Shown: positions 1-13,074 of the stretch, piece after piece
Layout of the letters: each line of letters starts with the position of its first letter
How positions within the stretch are numbered: position 1 is the stretch's first letter
Source: Lama guanicoe
Taxonomy: Eukaryota
Direction: 5' to 3'
Assembly (NCBI GenBank): GCA_013239625.1
Contig: MU054301.1
Coordinates: 26,974-90,973 of the forward strand
DNA length: 64,000 bases
Made by a program: the position numbers and the translations under genes
The notes under the pieces: model-generated
Told to the model about the DNA's origin: nothing
What the model saw: only the letters and a program-made list of their open reading frames with translations
Databases searched by the model: none

Positions 1-314
1 GATTTTTAAAAGGTTCACACCAGGGCAAGTGCCTGGAGGCAGCAAGTCCAGGGGTCCCTCCTTAACCTCTCATGGGCTGCCCTGAGATGCCTAGCAGTGA
101 TCACATGGTGGAAGTATGCTGGAAGCAGGCCCAGTACCTATGGCCTCTTCTGTTCCTCATTAGCAACAGGAGCTACAAGGGGGCCCGTTTTTGGAACACA
201 AATTTCTCGCAGAAACGTCATGACTGCTAGGTGTTACATCAGTTACTACAATGTGAAATTTACTTCTGTCAGAATGATGCACTGAATGGTGTCATGATTT
301 ATGAGAGAATACTA

Positions 315-698
315 CTTTTTATTTTATTTTATTTTATTGAGTTATAGTCAATTTCCAGTGTAGAGCACAAGTTTTCAGTTATACATGAACATACATATAT
401 TCATTGTCGCATTCTTTTTCACCATGAGCTACCACAAGATCTTGTATATATTTCCCTGTGCTATACAGTATAATCTTGTTTATCTATTCTACATTTTGAA
501 ATCCCAGTCTGTCCCTTCCCACCCCCTGCCCCTTTGGCAACCACAAGTTTGTATTCTATGTCTTTGAGTCTGTTTCTGTTTGGTGTTTATGTTCATCTGT
601 CTTTTTCTTTTCTTTCTTTCTTTCTTTTTTTTATAGATTCCACATGTGAGCAATCTCACATGGTATTTTTCTTTCTCTTTTTACCTTGCTTCACTTAG
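315..698 (-). mobile_element. 5'-truncated young L1 3' end with target-site duplication
   Basis: T-rich tail followed by L1 3' UTR-type sequence. Direct repeat GAGAATACTA at 305-314 and 699-708. Confidence 0.85.
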
Positions 699-1316
699 GA
701 GAATACTATTTCTTAGTCGTTGAATCTGATGCCTGTTGCATCTCAAACATCAATAGATGTGGGATGACGACACAGAGGGCAGTGGTGAGAAATGGCTTAG
801 CATCAGTTTACCTGCGTGCAGTTTGGAATCAGAACCACGTTCAAGTCTGGCTTGGCCACATACAAGACCTATGTCTCTCCATGCATCCATGTCCTCATCT
901 GTCAGTTGAGGGGTAACACACCTGCAGGATGTTTGAAGATTACATTGTATGCATGGAGTTAGCCTAGGACTTGGTCCACTGCAGGGCTGATAATTGTGGG
1001 TTAGATATTTATTTATGGTTGCAGGCACTATGTGAGATTCTATGTGACTTCACCCCATTTAGGATCCACAGCAGCAGCCAGGGGCAGCTGAAGAGAGAGA
1101 CCCAGTTGGTCATGTGACTGGAAACAAAGACTTACTGATGGGCTCAAACTCAAGGTCTTGTGGTTTCCCGAGTTCACTTTGGTTTCCTTTTGAGCATCCT
1201 ATGCTCCATACAGTTGGACTGCTGAAAAAGTGGTTTGGATTTTGCAAGTTGGTCAGAGAATGAGCAGCTCCCCTGGGCTTTCATGGACATGCTGTCAGTG
1301 TCCTTTTCCTCCACAG

Positions 1317-1410
1317 ATTCCTGTGCTCCTGAACCTGAGCCAAGACCCCGAGGTCAGCCTGCCTGCACCACCGCTGATGTATGCCCTGGCCCTTGGCGCC
1401 TGCCTAGGAG
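1317..1410 (+). CDS. OCA2: OCA2 (P protein) third-to-last coding exon (human exon 22 equivalent)
   Basis: cag|ATT...GGAG|gtaag, 94 bp. Translates [31 protein letters not shown], matching recalled OCA2. Phase fits the next exon. Confidence 0.96.
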
Positions 1411-2098
1411 GTAAGGGGGTGCTAATGCCCTGAGGGAGGACCCCCCTGACACTCTGGTGAGCCTCAGGTGATGACTAATTGCACGTCAAATTGAAAGAGA
1501 GTAAAAATAGTCCAGATGATTTCCTGAGTGGAAACACATCTTCACCTTTGAGTGGAGCAGCTAACAATTTCTACTCAGTTCCTCTGTAAAGCCTGTCACT
1601 TCCCACGCTCTGCAGAACTGCCCCTGACATTCTAAACCCACAGCCAGAGGATGATCATTCCTGACGTCTCCAAGTTAACGTGCTCCCACACTGCATACAG
1701 TTGTGGCTTATACTTCGAAAGAGATTTTGAATCAGAAGCCATCCTCCGGGGCACTTTCTTACTCCCTTTTTAAGGAGTGTCTTTTGGGGAAGGTGGTGTG
1801 AAGTGATGAATGGGTGAGCTAAAAAATAGAGACTCTAACCTAAGAGTAAGAAGAAAGATTTAAAAAAAATGGTTTTTTTTGACAAGGGAAGTGTATTGTC
1901 TTTGGGAGACATTGAAAAGTTAGCCTTCTAGAGAAATTGTCGGGAGAGACTAACTTCTGGTGAATAAACACAACGGCTTTGGATGTGATTGTCTTTGGAG
2001 GGAGCTGCGTTAGAGTTCTTCTCACTTAAGGGGGCCTAATAACCTTTGGGAACACAAGAGGATTGTGAAGAATCTTAGATAAACACACTAGATACCAA

Positions 2099-2206
2099 TT
2101 TTTTTAATTAAAAAAAATTTTTTTAATGGAGGTACTGGTGATTGAACCCAGGACCTCATGCATGTTAATTAAGCATGTGCTCTACCACTGAGCTGTTTCC
2201 CTCCCC
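2099..2206 (-). mobile_element. tRNA-derived SINE (camelid-type)
   Basis: Reverse strand reads GGGGAGGG...AGCTCAGTGGTAGAG...GGTCCTGGGTTCAATC (pol III A/B boxes) plus an A-rich tail. Confidence 0.85.
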
Positions 2207-4489
2207 ACTGCGAGATACCTTTAAAGTTTTTATTTTTACATCCAGGTGTGCTTAGATAATCTAGCTTGCTTTGCTCTTTGATTGATCTCTGACTATTAAA
2301 TAAGTAACTTTCTTTGTAGTTTATCTTTGTAAAGGGAGAGATTAATGTCATTCAGTGAAGTTGCTATGATTTCTGGAGACGGTGAATTCACCTAATTAAA
2401 GCAGCTGAGGTCTCAGGTTCTGAGTAGGGACTTGTTAAAATGGCTCCCGTCTAAGACTAGCCTCAGGAAAAGCAGTAATTGTGTTCACAGCCACATTTAA
2501 CATCAGTGATGGAAGCAATCCAGAGACATCTGGAAGTGTGTCCTCTGTGTGGAGTTTTGTTCATTAAACCTTGCTGAGCATCTTCTGTACCCTGACATTG
2601 TCTTCCCGAGTAAGGAGACCATCACTTAAGCTAAGATTAGAACATAAACGGATGCTCTCATGGCCATATGCACTGAGTGCGCAGGGGGCACTGGTGAGAC
2701 TGGGGGAAAGTCAGGAATGGCTCTCCGGAGAGGTGAGTTCTGAGCTGGGTCTCAAAGGATAAGAAGCCTCCTGGGCTAGTTCTGATTCCCCTAGAACACG
2801 GAGAATACATGTGGAGGGGATTATCAAGGAGAGAAGTTAACATGGACCATTTACATAACCGAAACTAGGATTAAACATTTGTTACCTGAGCCCCTTTTGG
2901 AAGCAGGAGTGTAGCTGTAACAAGCAATGAAGGTGTTAATCTGTGGGATCTTTTTAACCCACTAGCCCTGGTCATTGAGTGATACCTTTTCCTGGTATGG
3001 CAGATGCTCAGTTCTGCTGGTTGTTAACTATACATTTATTCTGTTGGAGGATCTTCTCTCATTAACTCAGAGTTTGACATTTTAAAAAATTGTGGTAAAA
3101 TATACATAGCATAGAGTTTACGATTTTAAGCTCATGTACAGTAGTGACCTTAAGTGCATTCCTATTATGCAATCATCACCACTCTCCATCTCCAGAACTT
3201 ATTCATCATCCTTAACTGAAACTTTATACCCATTAAACCGTACCTACCCATTCCCACTGGGTTTAGCATTTTGAAGATCACTTTTTTAAACTGAAGTAGT
3301 CAGTTATAATGTGTCAATTTCTGGTGTACAGCAGGTTTCACTTCACTTTAAAGTGAAGTTTCATTTGGCTTGAGAAACGTCATTTGTTCTATAAGTTGGT
3401 GTGATTCACTGAACAGTTTGAAACTAAGTCTTTCCTAGTCGCATCTCAGTATCTTTTGGCTACTCTTTTTACTAAGAGCTAAGAACAATTCAAGTAAGTC
3501 TTCAGAAAAACCTGCCTTAGCCTGGGTTTCCTAGAAAGCAGAAGTTGAGGCAGGTTTGCGAGCTGAAGCTTTACTGGGATGTGCAAGCCTAGGACAGGAA
3601 GACTGAGGGAGGAAGCGAGGTCAGGCGGTGAAGGAGAGAAAGCGAACACATGGTGCATTACTGAGCTAGGAACAGCTTCAAAAGAAATCCAAGCCAGTTT
3701 TTAGTTACATGGTACATTTTCTAGGTGCTTCCCATATGACTATCATGCCTTGGAGGAGGAGGAGGAAAGAGGTTTGTCTGTTAGTTCCACACTGTCCTCT
3801 GTCATCGGTCAGTTTGCTTTAGGTGACTTCTGAGTCTGTGAGGAAATGTAAAGTTGCAGGAGACCATTGCTCCCAGCGCATCGGAGAACAAGCAACATGA
3901 GCTACAAAATTACAGTTTTTAAAAGCCATCAGAATGCTGAAGATGCAAAGGAAGTAAATTCCAGAGAGTGATAAGCCCTTCATAAGGGAGAGGAGAACAC
4001 GGGCGCCGTCCTCTCTGGCTGACGGTGCCGGGAGGCCGAGTGAGACCTCTCAGTGCCTGTCCTGAGTGTGCGGTGAAGCTGGGGACGTGGCGGCAGCCAT
4101 GAAGCTTCGGAGACATGCTGGGCCTTTGCAGACCCCATGTAGTTGGCGGGACAGCCAGCCAGGACAGAACTTCAGAACACAGAGACTCCTCCACAATCAA
4201 CAGGCCGTAAACCTGTTAGAAAATCGATGACTTGGCTCGATAGCCAGAGACCCAGAATCTTCCTGTGCTCAGTATCTCTGTTTCAGAGAACTTCTCATCC
4301 TGCTCTCAGAACATCTGCAGCCAATGGCAAATTGAATCCAACTCTAAGGGTATCCAAGCCAGGTCCAGCTCAGCAACAGATCAGATTGGCCTCATGCCCT
4401 GCGCTGACAGCCTGGCCCAAGCGAGGACGCCCTTTTCAGCACGTGCGTGTGTCGGCGCGTATGTGTCAATATCCTGTTTCAGTCTCTGC

Positions 4490-5170
4490 AGTTCCTCACG
4501 TAAAATGTCCAACATCCCATTACCTTGATAAAGGGCAGCTGCAGAATCCTACAGCCGACATCAGCCTCACTGCTGAAAGGCTGAATGTTTGTCCTGTGAG
4601 ATTGGGAATAAGGCGAGGATATTTGTTCTCATGTCTCTTATTCACCATAGTTCTGGAGCAGTCAGGGGGGAAAGGAAACGAAATGTATACAGATTAGAAA
4701 GGAAGAAATAAAACTGTTCCTAGGAATGTTTATATATCCTCCATGTGTATATTTTAAAATACTCTTGTATATATACCAAACAAATCTTACTAAGATTTTG
4801 GTAGAAATTGCATTAAACTTAAATACTCATTTGGGGACAGTTGACATCTTTACTGCGTGGAGTCTTCCAATGCATGAACATGTTATGTCCTCCCATTTAT
4901 TTGGATCTTTGGATTTATTTGGATCAAACAGATGACATGATTGTCTTTGTAGATCCCAAGTAATCAAAAAAAAAAACCCCACAGAAAACTATATAACTAA
5001 TTTGTGAAGTCAGCAAGGTCACAGGATATATGATACTTAAAAAATCAATTTTAGCAGTGAACACATGGATACTACAATTAAATAAACAATACTGTTTATA
5101 ATTACTCAACAAGTTACACACTGAAGTTGAAAATTACAACATGCTGATGAAAGCAAGCAGTGAAGATCTC
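4490..5170. mobile_element. Old L1 ORF2 fragments, one of them inverted
   Basis: + frame NPTADISLTAERLNVCPVRLGIRRGYLFSCLLFTIVLEQ resembles L1 RT (PTANIILNGEKLKAFPLRSGTRQGCPLSPLLFNIVLE). ACAGATGACATGATT (the ADDMI region) is at about 4928. About 4725-4925 is antisense. Confidence 0.8.
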
Positions 5171-7375
5171 TGTACTCCCTGTACCCGAATATCTGTTTCC
5201 TTAATTAAGTTTGGACATTTTCAGCCATAATTTCTTCAGATACATTTCGATTACCTTACTCTTTCTTGTCCTTCTGGAACCCTTATTATGTGTAAGTTCG
5301 CACACTTTATATTACCCCATATACCTCATAACTCTCTTATGTTGCCTTCATGCAACTTGTCTTTCTGTCTGCTGTTCTGATGGAGTGACGTCCACTATTG
5401 TTTCTTCCAGATCACTGATTTGTTCTTCTGCATTATTTACTCTGCTATTGATTGCCTGTAGCTTGGCTTTTATCTTGGCAACTGAGTTACTTAATTTTGA
5501 ATAGTTCATCTTTATAGTTTCTACTTCCTTGTTCACGGTGACCTACATTTCAATCAATACTCTTTCTTAATTCAGTTAGCACTTTATTACCAACATTTTG
5601 AACTCAGTATCTGGTAGACTAATTATCTCTGTTTCATTATTCATTTTTCCAGGGTAATTTCTCTTGCTCTTTCATTTGGGAGATCATCTGCATTTTCATT
5701 TTAACTTAACTTTTTCTGTCTCCATGAATTTAGGTGTAACAGTTCTCTATTGTGGTTGTGAAGCATTTTTTTTTTTCGAGTTATAGTCAGTTTACAGTGT
5801 ATCAGTTTCTGGTGTGCAGCACAATTCTTCAGTCATACATAAATATACATATATTCATTTTCATATTCTCTTTCACCATGAGCTACTACAAGATCTTGAA
5901 TATATTTCCCTGCGCTATACAGTATAAACTTGTTTATCTATTTGATACATACCTGTCAATATTTGCAAGTGTGGGTGTATCCCTTTGTAGACCCTAGAAG
6001 TCCAGTATTTTTGGTACGAGGCCTGTTTTTGGTATGGATGCTTGCCCCATCTTTCCTCAGAGTTTGCTGGTTCTTATCCCCTTGATAGGGCTTGTGATTG
6101 GTGTGGGGGTGACCAGGCCCTGTGCTGCACTGGGCCGCTGCTGGCTGTCACCGCCCTGTTGGGGGGCAGGGCCTGCTCCTCAGTTGTTGGAGTAGCAGCT
6201 ATGAGGGTTGGGTCCGATAAGGCCTTGTTACCCTTAAGTGTGTGTTCTGTCCTCAAGGAGGTGAGCACCGAAGCAAGGAGGCCTGCATGGTCACGGTGAA
6301 CCTACGTGCCACCTGTTCGGCATCCACGGTTCTGCCCAGAAGCAGCTCAGGGTCTCACCCCTTTCTCCATTGTGTATGTCCCAGACCTAGTGCCAGACTG
6401 TCGCTGGGGGCAGCGGGGTGTTTTGGCTGCAGGAACTGACGTGGTCGTGCTGCCGCCCGGGATCGAGGCCGCCCCTGTGGCAGGGCTCCTCCAGCACCTC
6501 TGCCCCAGATCCAGCCCCAGGCTGCGCTGTGAGGCAGCCAGCGCTAGGGCACGCCCACTGGGAAAGGGCTGGCTGTGTCCTCCTCCCCAGGGGCTGCCCA
6601 CTGGAGATGTGAGATTCTGGGTCGCTACCCATCATCTTGGGTGTGTGGCATGCTTGGACCCGCCTCTGCCATGGGCAAGCTCACAAAGGCTGCCGCCATC
6701 AGAGCCTTGCCCTGCTGGCAGCACACCGAGGATGGTGCTCCTTTGGGGACCTATGCATGCTGATAATGGGGCTCCTATGGCAGACCTGTGCCCAACTCTG
6801 CATCCACTAATGATGGGCTCTGGGCTACACTCTAGGCCCTCTGTGCTGTCCTCATGCAGCTAGACCATGTCCTCTCCCAGAACCTACCCACCGAAGCCTG
6901 AGTTTCAGTGACCGGCTCCTGCATGTTAGCAGCCCTGCCCCCAATGCCGGTTTCTGGCTTGGAAGTGCAGTGAGGCTGGAGTTGTCAGCACCGGTCTCTC
7001 TCTGCCCTGACTGTCAGCAAGCCAGCGCATACTCGCTCCTTGCAAGGAGAGTTCAGGCCCCTCCAGTCCCTCTGTGTGTGCTGGCAGCCCTCTCTGAGAG
7101 GGCACGCGGAGCTCCCAGGGCAAGGGGCCACCTGTGTGGACCTCCCTCTCTCACAGCGCCCTCCCAGGGGTGCTAGTCCTCTCCTGGTACCTTTTTTTTT
7201 TTTGGTCCTACTTGAGTACATGGGACCTTACCTCTTTGCTTGTATAAGAAATCTTTTGCCAGCTTTCAGCTGATTTTTCTATAAGAATTGTCCCACGTGT
7301 AGATGTATTTTTGATGTGTTTTTGAAGGGCAAGGGAGCTCCACATCTTCCTACTCCGGAATCTTGATTGGTAGCC
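5171..7375 (-). mobile_element. L1 5' end (GC-rich 5' UTR plus ORF1 fragment), interrupted by a younger L1 3' tip at about 5766-5945
   Basis: Minus ORF 5348-5536 (AINSRVNNAEEQISDLEE) resembles the L1 ORF1p coiled coil. A GC-rich segment at about 6000-7370 lies 5' of it. Confidence 0.75.
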
Positions 7376-8484
7376 GAAAGGAGTGTTTTTTCAGTCATTA
7401 ATCCCTGATAGGAGGGAAGGAGGGGGTTGCCTTTTTAGAGCTCACACGTGAACGTGACCCTGGATCATGTGTGAGGATCTCTCTCGTCCAGAAGCAGAGC
7501 TCTCCATGTTAAGTCTTGTAAACCTGTTAGAAAAATCGGGGTGGCAGAGCAGGCCCCGCCCGACTGCTGAAGTGTGTGTTCTGCGGTGGAGGCCAGCGGG
7601 GCAGGGCCCTCTGAGGAGTGTGGCCTTCCTGTAGTAACAGAGTCGTCAGGCCCTGGGAAATAACCCCCAGGCAGGATGGTTCTGCAAGAGTGTAGACTCT
7701 TGCCTAGAGCAAGAGTCAGCTGGCTGGCAGGGTGATGGGATGGGGCATCAGTGTGTCAGCTCCTAGCTGGGGCCAGCATCACCACCTGCTCGGGGGCCCC
7801 CAGACGCTCCGCACAACTGCCTACAGGATGGCTTCAGGCTTGCATCGTGAAGCCCGAGTCCCGCCCTCTCTGATCTTCCTCTGGAGTCAGTGCCTGGCTG
7901 GCGTCCTGGCCCCACCACTTCCCAACCCCGACAACTCAGCATGTTACCTCTCTGTTCCTCAGTTTCTTCGTGGGGACACTGGGGGCCTCGAGAGTCATGG
8001 CAAAGATGAGATGATAAAGGCCCTTCATGTCCTTAGATGCTTCTGCCTTAAGGGGATACCAGCAGACATCTGGTCTTTTCCTTTTCAACTCCTTCTCCAG
8101 GAGAACTCACCCCTCACCCAGTCCTGCACGTTCCTTCATCTCATTCTCCTTGGAGACTCCTAAGTCACTTTGTCACCCGTGGCTTCCTTGGGGCTGCCCT
8201 GCCTGGCCACAGCCCCGATGAGCCAGCCCCCTGAGCACTTGCCCTTTGCCTCTCTGATCTCATGCCCACTGCACGTCTCCCATGTGGTGTCGCATCCTGT
8301 ATCCCCACTAATAGGCTCCCCGGGAAACCCGGGGGGATGTGAGCTGATTTCCATGGAGAGTGGCTTCTTGGGGTGGGAGGGAGAGCCTGCTGAGGGTTGG
8401 GAAGTTAGAAAGAAGCTAGTGGAAATCTGGGTGTCGGGCAGCAGGGGGGATAAAGCCCAGTCGCAGAACTGAGATGGAAATCCA

Positions 8485-9152
8485 AGTCAGTGCTGGCCAT
8501 AACGAATAGACAAGCTTAGGGGATTTGTTATCTTACAAGTTCTTGCCTTCCGTGTAAGGGTGGCTCAGTTGGGTCCTGCTTAGGGTCTTGCGAAGCCATG
8601 ATCGAAATGTCTGCAAACTACACCCCCCCCCGGTAGCTTTGGGGATGTCTGCTCCCAGACTCACTCAGGTGTTGGCAGAATCCAGCTCCTTGCAGCTGTG
8701 TTACCGAGTCTCCAGCCCCCAGCTGGCTGTCAGCTGAGGCCGCCCTGAGCTCCTTAGAGGCCTCTCTGGTACATCTCAAACCAGCACTAGTGTGTGGAAT
8801 CCTGCTAATGGCGGGATGACCCCCAGACCCCTCCAGCCCACCTCCACGGGTTCTTTCCCACCTGCCCTTCGCTGCAGCCCCAGGGGGTCCCCAGGATCCC
8901 TCCTGCTCTCCCTCTGAGGCTTCTCTTCTGCTTCCAGAACTGGAGACAGTTCTCTACTTTTAAGGGTTCTTGTGATTCCACTGGGTCCCCTCAGATAAGT
9001 CAGGGCAGTGCCCATCTCAAGGTCTGTAGCCTGAACAACCCGTGTGTAGTCCTTTTGGCCGTACGTGGTAGCATAATGACACAGCACGGCTCCTGAGGAC
9101 CAAGGTGCGGCCTCTCTGTGGGGTAGGAGGTGCGCATCCATCATCCTACCAC
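8485..9152. mobile_element. Ancient MaLR (MLT1-type) LTR
   Basis: Recognisable MLT1-like motifs (GTTGGCAGAATCCAGCTCCTTGCAG, TTTTAAGGGTTCTTGTGATT, terminal CCTACCAC). Boundaries approximate. Confidence 0.65.
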
Positions 9153-10625
9153 CTGGAGCAGCCAGTATCATCTATAGCCTGGTCTGTCCCCCAGCCTAGT
9201 TCTGTACTTCCGTTGTCACCGCCCTGAAGTCCGTCCTACACAGAGCAACTCGTGTGCTGGCCTGTGACCTCCCCCCCGCCCCGGTATGGGGCAGCTGTCC
9301 CTCTGCCCTTGGTGATGGGCTTGCTCCCCCTGCCCTCCCACCTCCATCGCACCCTTCCTAAAACGCTGGGCGGGGCCGTGCACTTGAACTACAGTGAGGA
9401 GCAGGGGTGGTGTCACAGAATGGGACACCGGGAGCACAGTGACCGCAGGCAGCTCGGGGCCGACCTCGGGGAGGCAGGTCCTGCCCAAGGCGTGGGCTCG
9501 GTGGGCTTCAGCGGTCTGAAGAGACCCTGGAGGTTTTTTATTGCGCTCTTAAGATCCAAAATCTTACACTTTGGACACATCAAATATATTTCATCCTTAG
9601 AGCAAGTGTGTAAATGGGCTATGTCAAAGGTTTTCACTGACAGCCCAGTCTAACCCTTACATGGAGTAAAGGCGGAGGGGGTGAGATGAGGCTCTTTGCG
9701 AGCCTTCGCGCTGGCAGCCCGGCCGTGTTTCAGGACAGCGCGAGGGCTGAGTGGGAGGGCGATGTGGGGGCAGCTGCATTTCACCGGCTTCCTTGGTCCT
9801 CGTCCGCCTGCTCTGTTGTCCAGTCTCAGAAAGGCCACTCCCTCGGGCCCCTCTGTTGTCAGCAGCTCCAGACTTGTGCCTCCCAGTTCACAGTCCCCAG
9901 CGATTCACGCACAGATGTCAGAACTGAACTAACTGGGCTGAGCCGGAGTTGTGCACCCAGCCCTGAGCACGGACCTCTGCCACTGGGGACAGACGATGCG
10001 GATGGCTCGACCAAGTAAATTCACCCTTCCCTGAGCCAGTCACTGTGTCAGGCGCTGGGCTTGGCCCCCGTCCCTCAGTGTGAGGCCACCCTCATGTACA
10101 CACTCTCCCTGCAGATCCTGCCTGCTGTCACAAAGGCCCACCCAGAAAGGTGTTTTATAGCCTTGTTTACATCCATCGTTCCACCCACACAAAGGGTTTC
10201 CTGGTAGGTGTCCAGGTCCGGAGTCCCAAGCAAGGCGGTTCTCGTCTGAGATTCCACTGCTCTGAAGACGCACGTTCTCTCCTGTGGATGTTCGCCCGAC
10301 TTGCGTTTTCCTTTAAAAGATGTATGCCACCACGTCCCACAGTGATTTGCCAATTCTCCTTAGCATTTCCTCTTTTCTATCCCATACGACAGCAGCAGCC
10401 CTATCCGTAACTAAATGTACTATATTTGCAAGCGGTGAATTTATTTCCTGGTTGCCAGTGGGTTTTTGTTTGTTTGTTCTCTGCAGACATTTGCATAGCA
10501 ATCACTTTGGCAGTGCCTGTAAAGTTATCATCAAATCAAAAGCACGTAATGAGCCAGATATTTTAGAACAAAAGGGAACAGAAACCTACCACCAAGATAC
10601 CCTGAGATTTTGCTCTACTTTTTGA

Positions 10626-10781
<156 letters not shown>

Positions 10782-10854
10782 TAAAGAAACCCAACAATAC
10801 ATGCTGTTACGCACTAAGATAAGAAAATGTTTTCATAATTAGAGAGTAATTAGG

Positions 10855-11370
10855 TTTTTTTAAATAGACTTTGTTCTTTTAGAGCAGTTTCAGGTTCACA
10901 GCAGAATTGAGCAGAGAATACAGAGTTCGCGCACAGCCCTCCCCACCCACACATGTGTACTCCGCTCCCCTCAACACCCCTCATCAGTGTGGCGTATTTG
11001 GTACAATCGATGAACAAACATGGGCACATTATTATCAACCAAAGTCCAGAGTTTACATTAGGGCTCACTCTTGATGTTGTATATTCTGTGGGTTTTGACA
11101 GACGCATGACATGTAGTCACCACTACAGTATCATACAGAGTAATTTCATTGGCCTAGAAATCCCCTGTGCTCCATCCCTCCCTCCCTCCCTCTCCCCAAA
11201 CCCCTGGAAACCACGACCTTTTTATTGTTTCTGTAGCTGTGCCTTTTCAGAAGGTCATTTGGTTGGAATCATAGAGTTTGCAGCCTGTTCAGACTGGCTT
11301 CTTTCATTCAGTAATAGGTCTTTAAAGTTTCTTCTGTGTCTTTCATGGCTTGATCTTTTTTTTTTTTACT
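10855..11370 (-). mobile_element. Ancient L1 (L1MC-like) 3' end
   Basis: TTTTAGAGCAGTTTCAGGTTCACAGCAGAATTGAGCAGA... is typical of old L1 3' UTRs. Confidence 0.75.
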
Positions 11371-12883
11371 GCACATATATTTTTAAATTTACGTATATGT
11401 CCTGTTCATTATTTCCAAGAATGCTTAGAGCTTTAGCTTTTGAAACTTACGTAGCTCTCAAAGGAATAAAGAGAGTAATTAGATTTTATGTTGTTCTCTC
11501 GAAAATTCCAATGGGGACCTGTGCCTTGATGGCCCATGATAAGGGTGCATAATGAGAGTCTGACATCCTCCTGCTGATTGCCCAGGGAAAAAGCTCAAGA
11601 TTGAAAGGACCCAGGAATATTGCAGCCTGGGAGCGGGCATCAGGAGACAGCACAGAGAGGAGGCCCTGGAGGGGGAGTGCAGCTGACCGCAGCTCCCACC
11701 AAGGAGGACCGCTTTGGGGTCCTGGCCCCTGCGTGCTGGCTTTCATACGTACCACTGCACTTTGGAGGCAGGGAGTGGGCAGATGGATATTGGTGGTGCC
11801 TGTAAAATGGCACTGCCAAAACGAACTGACCTTCATTTGGCATTAAGCAAGATTTCTATTGAAGTTCTCGGACTGTAAATTCAAGTCTGGCACACGCATG
11901 GAGACAGTTCTCAGAACCAGCCCCGCTGAAGATCTGCAGCAGCAGCTCTGGCTGAGTGGCAGAGTCCTCTGCAGGTCGTGGTCCCTGCCCTGGGACCTGT
12001 GCCTGTGCGGCGTACTGCTTGGCTGGGCTGAGCTTGGGGACAGAGCCTTGACCATCATACCCAGGGAGGAAACATCCATGCCTCCGTATAGTAGGATGCT
12101 GACTTTTGATGGACTTACTGTACTGGCCATGCCCCTCCATGAATGACTAGCAATACTTGAGAGTTTTGCCAAGACATTAATTTGAATGACACTCTTGGGA
12201 GACACGGGTGTGGGGAGGAGGCGCTTGGCTGGAGATTGAGCCACGGGGACACTGAACTTGCAGCCCTCAGCTGGACTCTGGGTACGCTGTGGACCCTGCT
12301 GCTGAGGGGTAGGATCTGAAACTTAGCACTTGACTGACGTCTTCTGTTTAGATTCTTATCTGCCTCTTCTGAATATAAAAGAAACAGTCCTGTCACTTAA
12401 GCATGATCCTTTCAATGAGAACAGAATTCATGGGGCTTCAGAGACCAGTGCTCTGAGGGCGGCCGCAGTGGGAGGTGCAGTGCAGACTGGGGCCCTGCAG
12501 CTGTACGGCTCCCTCATTTGGACCAGGTTGCTAATTCCTGCACAGCTGGAAACTCTTTACTCTTTTCAGCCAAGCGTGCAGTGCACGGGCCCCCTACCTG
12601 CTGGCGACCACAGCGGGGCTCCAGACAACAGGGACCTTAGGGCCGTTAGCAACACTGGTTGGTCTCACAGGTAGACAGGAGAGGCCCAGTATTAATATCA
12701 TGAAAAATTGGAGGGGTTTAGGGCAACAGTACACCTGATCTGACATTTTCTCCAGTGGAACTTTGGAAAAATAACCAGGACACCTGCCTGCCTGAAGGAG
12801 TCCACCAGGCCTTGCAGACATTTGGGGCTCAGCTCTAGTGGGTGACACATGTGCACACTGAACTTTTCAAGTAGGCCTTGTGT

Positions 12884-13074
12884 TTCTTTTTTCCTTTTAT
12901 TACTTTTCTTTCTTTCTTTTATTACTTTTCTTTCTTTATTATTAAAAACATACATACTTTGAGGGAAGGAAAGTAATTAGGTTTATTTATTTATTTAATT
13001 GAGGCACTGGGGATTGAACCCGGGACCTTGTGCGTGCTAGGCACGTGCTCCACCACTGAGCTGTGCCCTCCTCC
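12884..13074 (-). mobile_element. tRNA-derived SINE
   Basis: GGATTGAACCCGGGACC...CCACTGAGCT head on the reverse strand with an A-rich tail. Confidence 0.85.

Noticed and set aside
10953..11552. 199-aa ORF
   Set aside because: Lies mostly in an antisense ancient L1 3' end within an OCA2 intron.
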